From Ostreococcus lucimarinus (taxonomy: Eukaryota): a DNA stretch of 64,000 nt. This document shows positions 19,971 to 30,037 of the stretch, one piece after another (positions within the stretch are counted from its first letter, which is position 1; the number at the start of each line of letters is the position of its first letter). Under the pieces are notes generated by a model. That model ran no database searches and was not told the origin of the DNA. It was given only the letters and a program-made list of their open reading frames with translations. Made by a program: the position numbers and the translations under genes. The stretch lies in the NCBI GenBank assembly GCA_000092065.1, contig CP000586.1; one strand, given 5' to 3'.

Positions 19971-20175
19971 CGAACTCTTCGGCGACTGATTTTTCGCGAA
20001 GAAACGCTTTCGAAATCACTTCCGAATCGCTGCCTCACTCGCGTTTTCTTTCTCGCTCGCGCTTTAGATGACGTTCTCTCTGTGTTGTTCTAGTTAGATC
20101 GTCTCAGAGCGAACGGCGACGCGCCCGGAAACGTTCGCGGATTCGCCGCGCGAGGCGCGCGCTTCATTTCTATTT

Positions 20176-23091
20176 TTGATGAATGGGCGTTTCCGAGGGA
20201 GACGAACAGTCGCGACACTCCTCGACGCGCGCATCGCTCTCGCGCGCGCGCGCGTCGTCGTCCTCCCTCGCGCGAAACGTCGCGCCGCGAGCTTCGCATC
20301 GCGCGTCATGCCGCTGTGGCGACCGGCGCGCGAGCGGGACGCCGACGCGCCCGCGACGGTTCGCGAGACGGCGATCGACCCGAGCGCGCCCATCGGCGAG
20401 CTCACGACGTCGATCGCGATCATCGAGCCCTCGGCGCCGCCGGCGAGCGAAATCGAAACGCGCGATGGATTCGCGAAGCGCGACACGCGGTACGTGAGTT
20501 CGGCGGAGTCGTTCGAACGCGGGGACTTGACGCCGCTGTCGCTCGCGGAGACGTGCTGGGTGCTCGCGGCGACGTGCGCGCTGACGGCGTCGTACGTCGT
20601 CGCGTTTTCATCCGTCATTGGATTTGGTTCGACGACGTTTCGAGTTTTACGACGGGATCAAAAAGAAAACGTTCTGCTGGCCGTGAGCGCGGTGATTGCG
20701 TTGATGCTTTACGTCACGGATGCTTCGCATTGGAGAGGCGCTCGAACGCGCTTGGCGAGGGACGTCTTCGTGGGCGTCGCCGCGATACTCGCCGCACTAT
20801 CCCTCGGCCTGAGCGCGTATCGCTACCCTCAAGCGCCACCAACGCTGTATTTAGTGGTGTCACCGCTCGTGTACTCGTATATGCGCACGAAAGTGTTCGC
20901 ACATCGATCGCTGTCGAGCTATCTGAGCGCGATAGCTCGAAGCCTGTACGCGTGCGCCGGCATCGTCGTCATGTGCTTCTTCGTCGAGGCATCGCGCGTG
21001 AACGCTTGGTGGTCGACGTCGTTGGAGCTCAAATACCGTGACGCTATTGGATGCGATTTGGACCTCTCCACCGACTGTCTATCGGCGTACATCATGTGGT
21101 TTTCCCCGTGTCTAGCCGCGCTCGCGAGTTTAATCTTCGCCACGTTTTGCGCGTTGCTGGCGTCTTCCATGCGTTCAAACGACAAGCAAAATGTGCTCAA
21201 CTTCACGATCAAGGCCTTCGGCTGCGGTTTAATTTTCGTCTTTCTCGGAATCTGGGTCGCCGTATCCATCGCGGGCGGCGCAAAACCGCTTTCATCCATC
21301 TTGGTGACGTTTTCCATGGCGGCACTCGTCGTGCTCAGCGGCGCCCTCGTGGCGACGATCGGACTCGACACCATCACGTCCAAAGTCACGTCTGTGCCGT
21401 TGTTCGCGTCGATCATGAATGCCGTGACGGAAAAATACGCCAACGTGTTCAAGGCCATCTTAATTTCGACGCCGTTGACATTTGCGTTTGCGCTGTACTT
21501 AGTGTTGTCCATCGTCAATCAACGCGTTCGCGCGATGTTCGGCACGGCGCCGTCGGAGACGAGCGATTCGCGTTGGTTCACCGCCAAGGTTGCCAAGCAA
21601 TTACAGGAGCTCCGCGATTGGAAATGGTCTCGTATCATGATTAATGTGCACTACTGGATCGCTGTCGTTCTCGCCTTCCAAGTTATCGCCGGTTCGTTCA
21701 CGATCGTCTTTCTGAGCTACTTGCGCGTGCAACTTGCGGCGATTCCAATCGCGCTCGTCTACTTCATCTTCGCCCTCGTCGGATTGGCGATGTTTCTTAT
21801 TCCAATCATTCCTGGCTTACCGGTGTACCTTACGGGTGGAATCATTCTGACGGATAAACCTCTGGTGAACGCCCTCGGCGGTGGCAGCCGTGGATACGTG
21901 TGGGCGTGTTTCTGGGCCGTCGTGCTCTGCTTCGTCATCAAGCTCCTCGCCGTCGTGATGCAGCAAAAAGGCATCGGCGAACGTCTTGGCAATCGCGTGT
22001 GGATTCGAAGTATGGTGAACGTGAACAGTACCACGATGCGATCGATTCGGTATTTGCTCACTCGACCAGGCTTGAACTTTCCGAAAGTTGCAATTCTCGT
22101 CGGTGGACCGGATTGGCCCACGAGCGTGACGACTGGCATCTTACGGCTGAGCGTACGAGAGATGCTCATCGGCACGCTGCCGGTGTTCTTTCTTATCGCG
22201 CCTACGACGTTAGCTGGCGCGTTTATGCTCAAGGCGTCGCACGCTGCGAACGCGAGCGGCATTGACACACTCTGTCGCGAAACCGCCGTCTCTTCGCTCG
22301 CAACGGATGATACCAGCGCGTGGACGTCGATCGCAGACATCGGTTTGCTTTGCACCGGACTCGCGCAGGGGCTCGGGCTCGTCTCCGCGGCGTATTACAT
22401 TGAAAAGACCGCCGTCGAAGCGCGCGAAGCGCTCGATGACATACCATACGACGAAGAAGTCCTCGAGGTTGAACGCGAGGAAGCGCATCGAAACGAACTC
22501 TTGCGCGCAATCTTGCAGTGGGACGAATTGTCCAAAACATCGCGGCGAGCCCTCCTCGCGAGTACGCTCATCGTCATCGCCGCTTTTTGGGGCATCATGT
22601 TTGGGCCGTTTTTCCTCGGCGAAGAAGCCATCGTGCGCGAGTACCTTCTCACGGATTGCGTGTCCACGCGGTTGAACGGGAAAGCGTGGAACATTATGAC
22701 GTCGCTTGGCTGGGCTTTGCTCGCCGTCGTGTGCGCGTCGCTCTTCGTCGTCTCGCGCGTGAACGCGAATGCAAAATATGACGTCGATGCCATCATTGCG
22801 GATGAAGAAGCCTTCATGAAAGAGCTCGAGGGAACGCCCAAACGAGTGTGGGACAAGTGCCCGAATCACGACGAGGCGATAAACGAGGAAAAGTTTCGCG
22901 AGAGGATCGCCGCCGCCCTGACGACGATGTCGCGCAGCCAAATCAAAAGAGTCGATGAAACGATGACAGAGCGCGAGCTCGCGCCGTTCTCTGATGAGAC
23001 GAAGAAGTTCATCCTCGAGAGCATCGAGAGCGCTTTGAGCGCGCGCAATAAGGCGTCTGAAACCAACGCCGGCGCCGCGCCGTCGGCTTAA
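20176..23091 (+). CDS. Large multi-pass membrane protein (about 20 predicted TM helices), unknown family
   Basis: 971-aa ORF dominated by hydrophobic helices, with a C-terminal acidic/helical soluble tail. The real start is possibly the internal MPLWRPARERD (around 20309). Confidence 0.6.
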   Translation: MMNGRFRGRRTVATLLDARIALARARVVVLPRAKRRAASFASRVMPLWRPARERDADAPATVRETAIDPSAPIGELTTSIAIIEPSAPPASEIETRDGFAKRDTRYVSSAESFERGDLTPLSLAETCWVLAATCALTASYVVAFSSVIGFGSTTFRVLRRDQKENVLLAVSAVIALMLYVTDASHWRGARTRLARDVFVGVAAILAALSLGLSAYRYPQAPPTLYLVVSPLVYSYMRTKVFAHRSLSSYLSAIARSLYACAGIVVMCFFVEASRVNAWWSTSLELKYRDAIGCDLDLSTDCLSAYIMWFSPCLAALASLIFATFCALLASSMRSNDKQNVLNFTIKAFGCGLIFVFLGIWVAVSIAGGAKPLSSILVTFSMAALVVLSGALVATIGLDTITSKVTSVPLFASIMNAVTEKYANVFKAILISTPLTFAFALYLVLSIVNQRVRAMFGTAPSETSDSRWFTAKVAKQLQELRDWKWSRIMINVHYWIAVVLAFQVIAGSFTIVFLSYLRVQLAAIPIALVYFIFALVGLAMFLIPIIPGLPVYLTGGIILTDKPLVNALGGGSRGYVWACFWAVVLCFVIKLLAVVMQQKGIGERLGNRVWIRSMVNVNSTTMRSIRYLLTRPGLNFPKVAILVGGPDWPTSVTTGILRLSVREMLIGTLPVFFLIAPTTLAGAFMLKASHAANASGIDTLCRETAVSSLATDDTSAWTSIADIGLLCTGLAQGLGLVSAAYYIEKTAVEAREALDDIPYDEEVLEVEREEAHRNELLRAILQWDELSKTSRRALLASTLIVIAAFWGIMFGPFFLGEEAIVREYLLTDCVSTRLNGKAWNIMTSLGWALLAVVCASLFVVSRVNANAKYDVDAIIADEEAFMKELEGTPKRVWDKCPNHDEAINEEKFRERIAAALTTMSRSQIKRVDETMTERELAPFSDETKKFILESIESALSARNKASETNAGAAPSA

Positions 23092-23129
23092 GACTACGCA
23101 AACTCATCTTTTAACCTTTCACAATTACG

Positions 23130-24305
23130 CTAATCGCTATCGCTGTCGTGTCTCCTTCTACCTTCGTCTCGCCGCCGTTTCGGCGATCGAGATCGAGAGC
23201 TCGTCCCGGACGAACTTCTCGAGCGGCTCGAAGAGTCGTCGCGACGGCGTCTGCGCGTTCGGCTGTCGCTTCTCGAATCGCGCCGGCGTCTCGGCGGCGA
23301 ACGACTTCTCGAATCGCTGCTCGAGTAAGACGACGATCTACTATAACTCCGCGAGCGACTGCTGTCGCGCTCGCGCGAGCGGCCGCGCGGCGGCGGAGGC
23401 ACATCCACCTGTCGCGGCGGCGGCGGAGGCACTTCGGCGACGCGGCGCTGCGGCGGCGGCGGAGGCACTTCAGCCACGCGCTGCGATGGCGGCGGAGGCA
23501 CGTCCACGCGTCGGCGCTCGTCAACCACCGCGGATGGACGCGCGTTCGGATCCAAACCTCGACGCTTAATCTCCGCGTCGACGACGTCCAATTCCTCTCG
23601 GAAGCGCGCCGCGTTTCTCTTCGCGTCCTCCGCCTCTCGCTCGCCGCGTCTCTTCGACTTCTCCCTGCGCTCTCTCTCCTTGCGCTCCCTCTTCTCCCGT
23701 TTCTTCGCCCGTTTCTTCGCCTTCTTCTCCCGCTTCTCCGCCCTCCGTCGCTCCCTCGCTCGTCGCCGTTCTTCCTCCTCCCTCGCCGCGCGCTTCTCCT
23801 CTCGCAACGTCTGTTGCAGCTCCCGATCGAACGCGTCCCCCTCCCTCGCGTCTCGCTCCCTCTTATCCACCCCGAACGCCCGCGCCAGGCGTTCCATCTC
23901 TTCCTCTTTCCTCTGCATCACCCCGTGCGTGCTCTCGTCCCTCGCCTCGCTCTTCGCCTTCGTCGCCGTCTCTCGCCTTCGCCGCAGCGCGTCTCGCCCG
24001 TCTCGCCGCGTCTTCTCGATCGCCGCCTCGATCGCCCCCTCGCTCGCCCCCTCGCTCGCCATGCGTTCCTCCAGCTCCGCGCACGCCACCTCGATCGCTC
24101 GCAGCGCGTTGTGCTCGAGGATCGCCGCGCTCGGCCGTCGCGTCGTCGTCGCGCCGGCGCCGCCGTCGCGATCCCTCGCGCGCCATCCCTCGTTCGTTTT
24201 CGCGTCTCGCGTCAGTCTCGACGCGTCGCGATGGAACTTGTTCGTCTGGACGTACCCGGACGTGCCGGAGCCGCGCGCGCTGGCGAGGCCGACGCCGTTG
24301 CGCAT
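23130..24305 (-). CDS. Cwc21/SRRM2-like splicing-associated SR protein (cwf21 N-terminal motif, charged coiled coil, PPPP and RS-rich tail)
   Basis: Start MRNGVGLASARGSGTSGYVQTNKFHRDASRL matches the Cwc21/SRRM2 N-terminal consensus (MYNGIGLxTPRGSGTNGYVQRN). A Glu/Arg/Lys-rich coiled coil follows, then VPPPPSQRVAEVPPPPPQRR and RS dipeptide repeats (SRSRSYSRSSSYSSSDSRSRSPPRRRRDSRS). The 5' part of the track ORF (24306..25499) is antisense to the Mpv17 gene. Confidence 0.65.
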   Translation of the reverse strand: MRNGVGLASARGSGTSGYVQTNKFHRDASRLTRDAKTNEGWRARDRDGGAGATTTRRPSAAILEHNALRAIEVACAELEERMASEGASEGAIEAAIEKTRRDGRDALRRRRETATKAKSEARDESTHGVMQRKEEEMERLARAFGVDKRERDAREGDAFDRELQQTLREEKRAAREEEERRRARERRRAEKREKKAKKRAKKREKRERKERERREKSKRRGEREAEDAKRNAARFREELDVVDAEIKRRGLDPNARPSAVVDERRRVDVPPPPSQRVAEVPPPPPQRRVAEVPPPPPRQVDVPPPPRGRSRERDSSRSRSYSRSSSYSSSDSRSRSPPRRRRDSRSDSRTRRRRRDDSSSRSRSSSGTSSRSRSPKRRRDEGRRRHDSDSD

Positions 24306-24488
24306 CGCGCGCCGTCGCCGTGTGCCGCGCGACGCGATCGCCGACCGCGGCGACGTCCCGCGGTCGGTCGACCTATGGGCAAACAGTGAGGATGTGATCA
24401 CGCGAGACGTATCACACACGGACTTCAGACGCCCGACCGACCGTCGCGCGACGGCGCGCGCGACGTCGCGACGCGCGGCGCGCGCGCG

Positions 24489-25529
24489 ATGCGCGGCGCG
24501 CCGACGGCGACGGGACGCGCGGCGCGCGGGCTCCACCGCGCGCGACGGCGATCGACGTCGGCGCGATGGACGACGACGGCGCGGTCGGCGCGAAGACGCG
24601 TCGGCGGGCGAGGACGGAGGCGCGCGACGACGCGCGCGGACGCGACGCGCTTGACGGAGCTCGCGACGGACGCGACGCTCGGGATGGCGTGCTACGCGGT
24701 GTCGGACGAGATCGCGCAGAGGCTCGGGACGAGGACGCACGCGAGGGAGAGCGCGGAGGCGGACGCGTGCGAGCTGCCGACGGCGACGACGAGGGGGCGG
24801 TTCGTCAGGGATGGGAGGCGCGTGGGAAGGTACGTTGCGTTCGGAGCGATGGATGGGGCGACATCGTACGCGTGGTACGAGTGGGTCGATCGCGTGGTGC
24901 CGGACGACGCGACGAGGTCGGACGCGATGACGACGGCGATGAAGGTGGCGATGGACGCGGCGATTTATAATCCGATATGGGGGGCGTTTTTCATCGTTTC
25001 CATGGGCGTGCTGAGCGCGAAAGACGCGGAGACGATCGCGGGGGATGTGAAGAGGGATTGGAAGGCGCTGATCACGAGTAATTTGACGTTTTGGGTGCCG
25101 ATGAACTTTATCATCTACGGCTTCACGCCGTTGAATTTTAGAGTGCAAGTGCTGTACGCGCTCAACATCATCTACGTGTGTTCGCTGTCGATGTATTCGG
25201 AGCGCAAAACGCTGTTGAAGGACTCGGGGGATACGATGAGCATTCCCGACGTCGTCGCGCGAGTGCTTCCGGACGACGCGCGCGGAGATTGGCGAGCTTT
25301 GACGGGGTGCCCATCGTGCGGAGGCGAAAGGTTCGTGCCGTGTCCGGCGTGCGAGAGCGGACGGGAAACCACCACCGTGGTCGACGTCAACGGACGCACG
25401 CGCACGTTGTCCGTGGATTCGTGCGCGGGTTGTCAGGGCGCGCGACGAATCGCGTGTCCGGAATGTACTAACGTCGGCGCCGGCCGAGCGCCGCTTCAAA
25501 GCGAAGACGAATTCACGCCTACATATTGA
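24489..25529 (+). CDS. Mpv17/PMP22-family membrane protein fused to a C-terminal CxxCxG zinc-finger module
   Basis: Mpv17/PMP22 hallmarks: AWYEWVDRV, NPIWGAFFIVSMGVLSAKD, LTFWVPMNFIIYGFTPLNFRVQVLYALNIIYVCSLS. C-terminal zinc-finger-like module: CPSCGGERFVPCPACESGRETTTVVDVNGRTRTLSVDSCAGCQGARRIACPEC. An alternative start at MACYAVSDE (24684) is possible. TGTAA lies at 25553..25557, downstream of the stop. Confidence 0.65.
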   Translation: MRGAPTATGRAARGLHRARRRSTSARWTTTARSARRRVGGRGRRRATTRADATRLTELATDATLGMACYAVSDEIAQRLGTRTHARESAEADACELPTATTRGRFVRDGRRVGRYVAFGAMDGATSYAWYEWVDRVVPDDATRSDAMTTAMKVAMDAAIYNPIWGAFFIVSMGVLSAKDAETIAGDVKRDWKALITSNLTFWVPMNFIIYGFTPLNFRVQVLYALNIIYVCSLSMYSERKTLLKDSGDTMSIPDVVARVLPDDARGDWRALTGCPSCGGERFVPCPACESGRETTTVVDVNGRTRTLSVDSCAGCQGARRIACPECTNVGAGRAPLQSEDEFTPTY

Positions 25530-25653
25530 TCATGTCACGAGCGCCGTGACTTGTAAACTTATTAGCGAGAGTGAAGAATAGTTGTTATTTTAACCATGGC
25601 CTATCTAGTTAGTCATCACCGACTCCACGTTCGGCGAACTTTGATCGACGAGT

Positions 25654-26777
25654 TTAGCTCTCTTGGTCAAAAATACCAGCGTGAGTATCCGTCGAGCACA
25701 TGAAGAGCGGATTTTCCACCGTCATCACGCGCTTTTCGTTATCGATGAGCGTGCGCAGCGGCTTGGGCAGCGCAAACATGCGCCTGTGCGACACGGTGTC
25801 GTAAAACTTCATCTCTAATCCACGCTTTTTCAAAGTCTCGTCCGCGTCGACGCCGCTCAAGTCGATGCTCGTGTCGTTTACGGCGAGATTGAAACCCCAC
25901 TCTGACGTGAACGACGGCACGCACATGGTGTAACCGTAAACTTTCGGGAACACTTGCGTCAGAGTGTGATGAATCGGTGAGAAGACGTGATGCGCATCGC
26001 GCACGGACGCGCATCCGCTCTGCGTGACGAAGATTCCTCCCGGCGCGAGCTTCTTGCTCAGCAATCGATAGAAATCCGTCGTGTACAGTTGATAGCACGG
26101 CCCCCCATCGAGCGGGTCGCTCAAATCCATGATGATCACGTCAAAGCTCCCATCGGGCTCGTTCGCCAATCCTTCCTTCGCGTCGCCGATGATCAAACGC
26201 GTTCGTTTATCCCCGTACGCCCCCGCGCTGTAAAACGGCGTGTGCTCTCGGCACATGTTCACCACGTCGCCGTCGATGTCCACCATCACGCACTCCTCCA
26301 CGCTCTCGTGCCTCAACACCTCGCGCAGCGTCGCTCCCTCGCCACCGCCACCGATGAACACCCGCTTCGGGTTCGCGTGCGCCACCAGCGCCGGATGCGC
26401 CAGCGACTCGTGATACACGTACTCGTCGTGCTCGCTCGACTGCATCAACCCATCCGTGATGAGAAGCGACCCGAACGGCACCGTCCGCACGACCTCGACC
26501 TCTTGAAACTTCGACGTCCCCTGATACAGCACCTCCTCGACCTATCGCGCGCGCCGTCGTCGTCGTCGTCGTCGTCAGTCCTCCCTCGCGCGCGTCCCGC
26601 GTCGTCGCGTCGCCGCTCGCGTCCCATCGTCCCATCGTCCCGCCCCCTCGCGTCGCGTCGCGTCGCGTCTTCGCGCACCCGATAGCTCAGCGCGAGCCCA
26701 TCCTCGAGGAGTTCGTGGTACCAGTGCCCCTCGGCGAACGTCTCGGCGCCGTACGCGCTCGGCTCGGCGTCCGCCAT
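25654..26777 (-). CDS. Spermidine synthase (aminopropyltransferase). Two exons: 26679..26777 and 25654..26541
   Basis: Exon 2: VEEVLYQGTSKFQEVEVVRTVPFGSLLITDGLMQSSEHDEYVYHESLAHP … VFIGGGGEGATLREVLRH … DVIIMDLSDPLDGGP. Exon 1: MADAEPSAYGAETFAEGHWYHELLEDGLALSYR. The spliced junction …ALSYR|VEEVLYQGTSKFQEV aligns with human SRM …[20 protein letters not shown], as I recall it. Confidence 0.85.
26542..26678 (-). other. Spliceosomal intron (137 nt) of spermidine synthase: donor GTGCGC, branch GGACTGACGACG (plus-strand GTCAGTCC at 26573..26580), acceptor GATAG
   Basis: Exon 1 (frame of track ORF 26445..26894) and exon 2 (frame of 25654..26532) are in different frames. An in-frame TAG sits immediately before exon 2. 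The junction restores conserved ortholog sequence. The branch motif is 31 nt from the AG. Confidence 0.75.
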
Positions 26778-27094
26778 CGCGCGGTGTGTCGAGCGACGCG
26801 TTGTCGCGGTCGCCGCCGCCGCGCGCGCGACGCGCGGGTCGAACCCGCGTCGCGTCGCGCCTTCGCGAAGGGTCTCTCGGTCGATGGTCGTCACTGTTTA
26901 CCCATACGGATCGTGCGTTCGGAGGTGATTTCGAGCGCTTTTGCGACCTCGCGCGCTCGACGCCGCGCGCGTCGCGCCGCGCGCGCGACGCACGCGCGCG
27001 CGCGGCGACCGGTCGAGCGCGCGCGCGCGACCGCGGCGCGCGCGCGAACGCGCGCGACCGCGCGCGACGCGCGCGCGCGCGACGCGAGCGACCG

Positions 27095-30019
27095 ATGGGC
27101 GCGCGCGACGACGATTTGAAACCGAATCGACAGACGGCGTCGATCGCGTCGTTCTTCGCGACGACGCGCGCGACGACGGCGACGCGCGCGACGCGCGACG
27201 ACGGGGGGGACGATGGCGGTGGGAAGCGCGCGCGGACGGGCGAACGCGCGACGGAGGCGATCGCGGTGGACGAGGAGGAGGCGACGCGAGACGACGCGGG
27301 CGCGGCGAGACGCGACGACGCGGTGGATCTCACGATGGAGGGCGAGGAGACGATCGCGACGGCGAGCGGAGGGGGAGGGGGGGGTGGGGACGCGGCGCGC
27401 GACGGCGCGAGGGCGTCGAGGGAGGGCGAGGGATCGAGGGTGAAGGTGCATAGTTTTTTTACGAATTTCGCGAAGAGACGCAAAGCCGCGGCGACGGCGA
27501 GGGAGGGCGAGGGAGGGACGGTGAGGGAGACGCAGGCGGAATTCGTGCGGGTGAAACCGGCACCGATCGAGGAGGCGTTGGGACCGGTGCACGTGGGGTA
27601 CGTGCCGATCGCGTACGAACGGCGGACGGACGCGACGTCGACGACGGTTTCGTTTTCGACTCGCGTCGACGACGGCGAGAGACGTCCGATGACGACGCAC
27701 GCGTTCGAGTTGGTGCAACTCGGGCGAACCGCGCGAGAGGATGTGACGGCGACGCGCGGTGGCGCCGTTTCACGGCCGTCGACGTCGACGGAGTCGGAGG
27801 AGGACGCGTACTTGGCGGACGTCGCCGTCGCGGCGAATCGCGTCGACGTCGAGCTGGACGGTGTCGCGATGGCGACCGAGAGCGAGCTCGCGCGTGCGCG
27901 AGGTGAATGTAGGAATGCGTTGTTAGGGTTGAAGGAACGCGGCGGTCAAAGTCAGGCTGCGTTTCAGTGGGTCGATCGATTCAAGCCGACGCGCGGTTCC
28001 GACACCATCGGTCAAAACGCCGGCGTGGTGGAATCGCTACAGAATTGGTTTCGCGCTTGGCAGGGTCGCATTGCGATGCAGGCGAAAGGGAAAGTACCAC
28101 CATCGCCGTCGCGACCGTGCATCCCTCGTAAGGTGTACGATTCGGACGACGAAGAGTTTTGGCACAGCGACGAAGAAGAGGATGACGGCCTCGGAAGCGG
28201 CGAATCCGTGGCAAACGGCGTTTTGATTAGTGGTCCGGTGGGATGCGGTAAGACGGCCACGGTATACGCGTTGGCGAAGGAGTTTGGATTTAAAGTGCTC
28301 GAGGTGAATGCGTTGGACAGACGCAGTGGTCAAGAAGTCTTGGGGCGATTCACGGAGGCGACTCAATCAAAGCGTTTCGGTAAAAAGGCGAAAGCCGGCG
28401 CTGAGCGGCCGGCGCCGGCGAATGGTGGATTGAAGGCGTTTTTTGGTGGCGCGAGCGATGATGAAACGAAACGAAAAGAAGCGATTGCGGCGAAGACGAA
28501 AGAGGATAACGAAAAAGCAGATGCGCAATCGTTGATTTTGTTTGAAGAGATTGATATTCAACTCGCCTCGGAGCGCGGATTCATGGCGGCGCTTTCGCAA
28601 CTCGTCGAGAACACGAAGCGACCGATTGTTTTTACGTCGAATACGTCAATTTTACCAGATCTTTCGATGAATTTACCTCTGGCGCGTGTGCGATTCGACG
28701 CGCCGGGCATTCGCGAATGTGCGACGTACGCCGCGCTCGTGTCAGCTGCGGCAAAGTCGGCGCTCAGACCGAGCGACGCGACGTCAATTTCGCTCGCGTG
28801 CAAGGGAGATCTGCGTAGAACTTTGCACAACGCTCAATTTGCGTCGTTCAGCGACAGTGAAGTCCACTTTGACTCGATCGCTAGCGATCGTCACTCTACC
28901 GCGCTCATCGACGCCGCTCGCGCCGCTGTGCTCGACGGCGTCAAGCATTTGGGCGCAATACCTGTCGACGCGGCAAAAGAGCTACACGCGAGTTTAGTCG
29001 AGCGAGAGCGAGCTGATTTTGAGTCGATGATGCATGAAGTGGAATGTGGATTGATCAGGCACCAATCGCGGTTGGCGCGTTGGGACGCCATGAAAGAGGC
29101 GAAAAGAATTGAACGAATCGAGGCGAAGAAAAAGTTGCTCGGCATTCCGGCGGACAAAAATCCACTCGATCTCGTGGACTCGACCAAGAAAGAAGTAATC
29201 GTGGACGAACGCACAAAAGAAGACGAGGCCGAAGCTCGGATTCAAGCCGCGCTCGCGGTGTTTGAGCCGCGAGTCCCCTTGCCAGCCCCCGATTGGACGA
29301 CCTTCGACGCCGAGGCGCCCGCGGGCGGGTGGGATCGAGCGCGTGACGAACTCACCGCGCTAGCCGCGCTCGCGCGATCGATGTCGCAAGTTGATGTGTT
29401 GCGATCGGCGACGTGCGTCGGAATCATGGGTCCGTGTCGACGAGACGTGCCGTGGAGTAAGGAAACCATCGGCGACGCGCAAGCGTTAGAAGATTGCGCG
29501 CCGAGTGAAGATTTCTACCTAAGCAACGGACCCGCGCGACAGACGCTCGGTGGAAGCGATAATGTGAGCGTAATGGCGTCTGAATTTATAACGGTCCACT
29601 GCACGCAGCGTTACACGTCCACAAGGCTGTCGCTACGCGAATCTCATCCCGAATCCGAGCCCACGGCGTTGCAACCGATGTGCGCGCCGGCGACGCCAGT
29701 GAAGGCTTCCAAGCGTGCGCGAGGGTCTACTCGAGCTCCCTTGATCATTCAGAGCGGATCTATGCACTCGACGTGGCGCGCGCGAGTTCTCGCCGAATCC
29801 GCGGGTGGGCACACGGTAAATTCGAAGGAGACGACTGATCGATTGGGATTCTTGTCGCGAATGGTTCGCCTTCAGAGCGCGCCAAAGGCGCTCTCGTCGC
29901 CCAACTCTCGAGACTCGCGACGCCGCACCAGAAATAGACGAAAACACTTGGCATTAGCTAGCGAAACGCACGCCGATTTGCTCGACATTTCGAACTTTGG
30001 CGGTAGCAATCATATGTAG
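27095..30019 (+). CDS. ATAD5/Elg1-like RFC-like AAA+ ATPase (putative PCNA unloader) with N-terminal PIP-box-like motif
   Basis: Walker A segment GVLISGPVGCGKTATVYALAKEFGFKVLEVNALDRRSG. Walker B-like LILFEEIDIQ. Sensor region RPIVFTSN. Long acidic/basic disordered N-terminus starting MGARDDDLKPNRQTASIASFF. The part of the track ORF upstream of 27095 is an Arg-rich shadow. The C-terminal 150 aa are of low quality, and the stop is only 18 nt from the next gene's ATG, so the 3' end is uncertain. Confidence 0.6.
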   Translation: MGARDDDLKPNRQTASIASFFATTRATTATRATRDDGGDDGGGKRARTGERATEAIAVDEEEATRDDAGAARRDDAVDLTMEGEETIATASGGGGGGGDAARDGARASREGEGSRVKVHSFFTNFAKRRKAAATAREGEGGTVRETQAEFVRVKPAPIEEALGPVHVGYVPIAYERRTDATSTTVSFSTRVDDGERRPMTTHAFELVQLGRTAREDVTATRGGAVSRPSTSTESEEDAYLADVAVAANRVDVELDGVAMATESELARARGECRNALLGLKERGGQSQAAFQWVDRFKPTRGSDTIGQNAGVVESLQNWFRAWQGRIAMQAKGKVPPSPSRPCIPRKVYDSDDEEFWHSDEEEDDGLGSGESVANGVLISGPVGCGKTATVYALAKEFGFKVLEVNALDRRSGQEVLGRFTEATQSKRFGKKAKAGAERPAPANGGLKAFFGGASDDETKRKEAIAAKTKEDNEKADAQSLILFEEIDIQLASERGFMAALSQLVENTKRPIVFTSNTSILPDLSMNLPLARVRFDAPGIRECATYAALVSAAAKSALRPSDATSISLACKGDLRRTLHNAQFASFSDSEVHFDSIASDRHSTALIDAARAAVLDGVKHLGAIPVDAAKELHASLVERERADFESMMHEVECGLIRHQSRLARWDAMKEAKRIERIEAKKKLLGIPADKNPLDLVDSTKKEVIVDERTKEDEAEARIQAALAVFEPRVPLPAPDWTTFDAEAPAGGWDRARDELTALAALARSMSQVDVLRSATCVGIMGPCRRDVPWSKETIGDAQALEDCAPSEDFYLSNGPARQTLGGSDNVSVMASEFITVHCTQRYTSTRLSLRESHPESEPTALQPMCAPATPVKASKRARGSTRAPLIIQSGSMHSTWRARVLAESAGGHTVNSKETTDRLGFLSRMVRLQSAPKALSSPNSRDSRRRTRNRRKHLALASETHADLLDISNFGGSNHM

Positions 30020-30037
30020 CAAGTACGTACCGGCGCG

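Noticed and set aside
24211-24216. GTCAGT (reverse complement ACTGAC) branch-like hexamer inside the Cwc21-like CDS
   Set aside because: It encodes R-L-T-R within the conserved cwf21 motif. There is no donor-like GTGCG or GTACG within 300 nt upstream on the minus strand.
23148-24654. Plus-strand ORFs 23148..24389 and 23680..24654
   Set aside because: Antisense to the Cwc21/SRRM2-like gene, whose N-terminal cwf21 motif and RS tail are in the minus frame. The plus translations are Arg/Leu/Ser repeats.
26445-27718. Minus-strand ORFs 26575..27483 and 26891..27718, and the acidic/Arg-rich region of 26786..27094(+)
   Set aside because: They overlap the SpdS exon 1/ATAD5 divergent promoter and the Arg/Asp-rich 5' region. 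No domain content. The ATAD5-like CDS is taken from the ATG at 27095.
29814-29878. GTAAAT…ACTGAT…TTCAG 60-nt intron-like segment near the 3' end of the ATAD5-like ORF
   Set aside because: The signals are weaker than the local consensus. The length is a multiple of 3, so retention or removal are both in frame. It is uninformative without transcript data. Noted only because the C-terminal 150 aa of this ORF look non-conserved.
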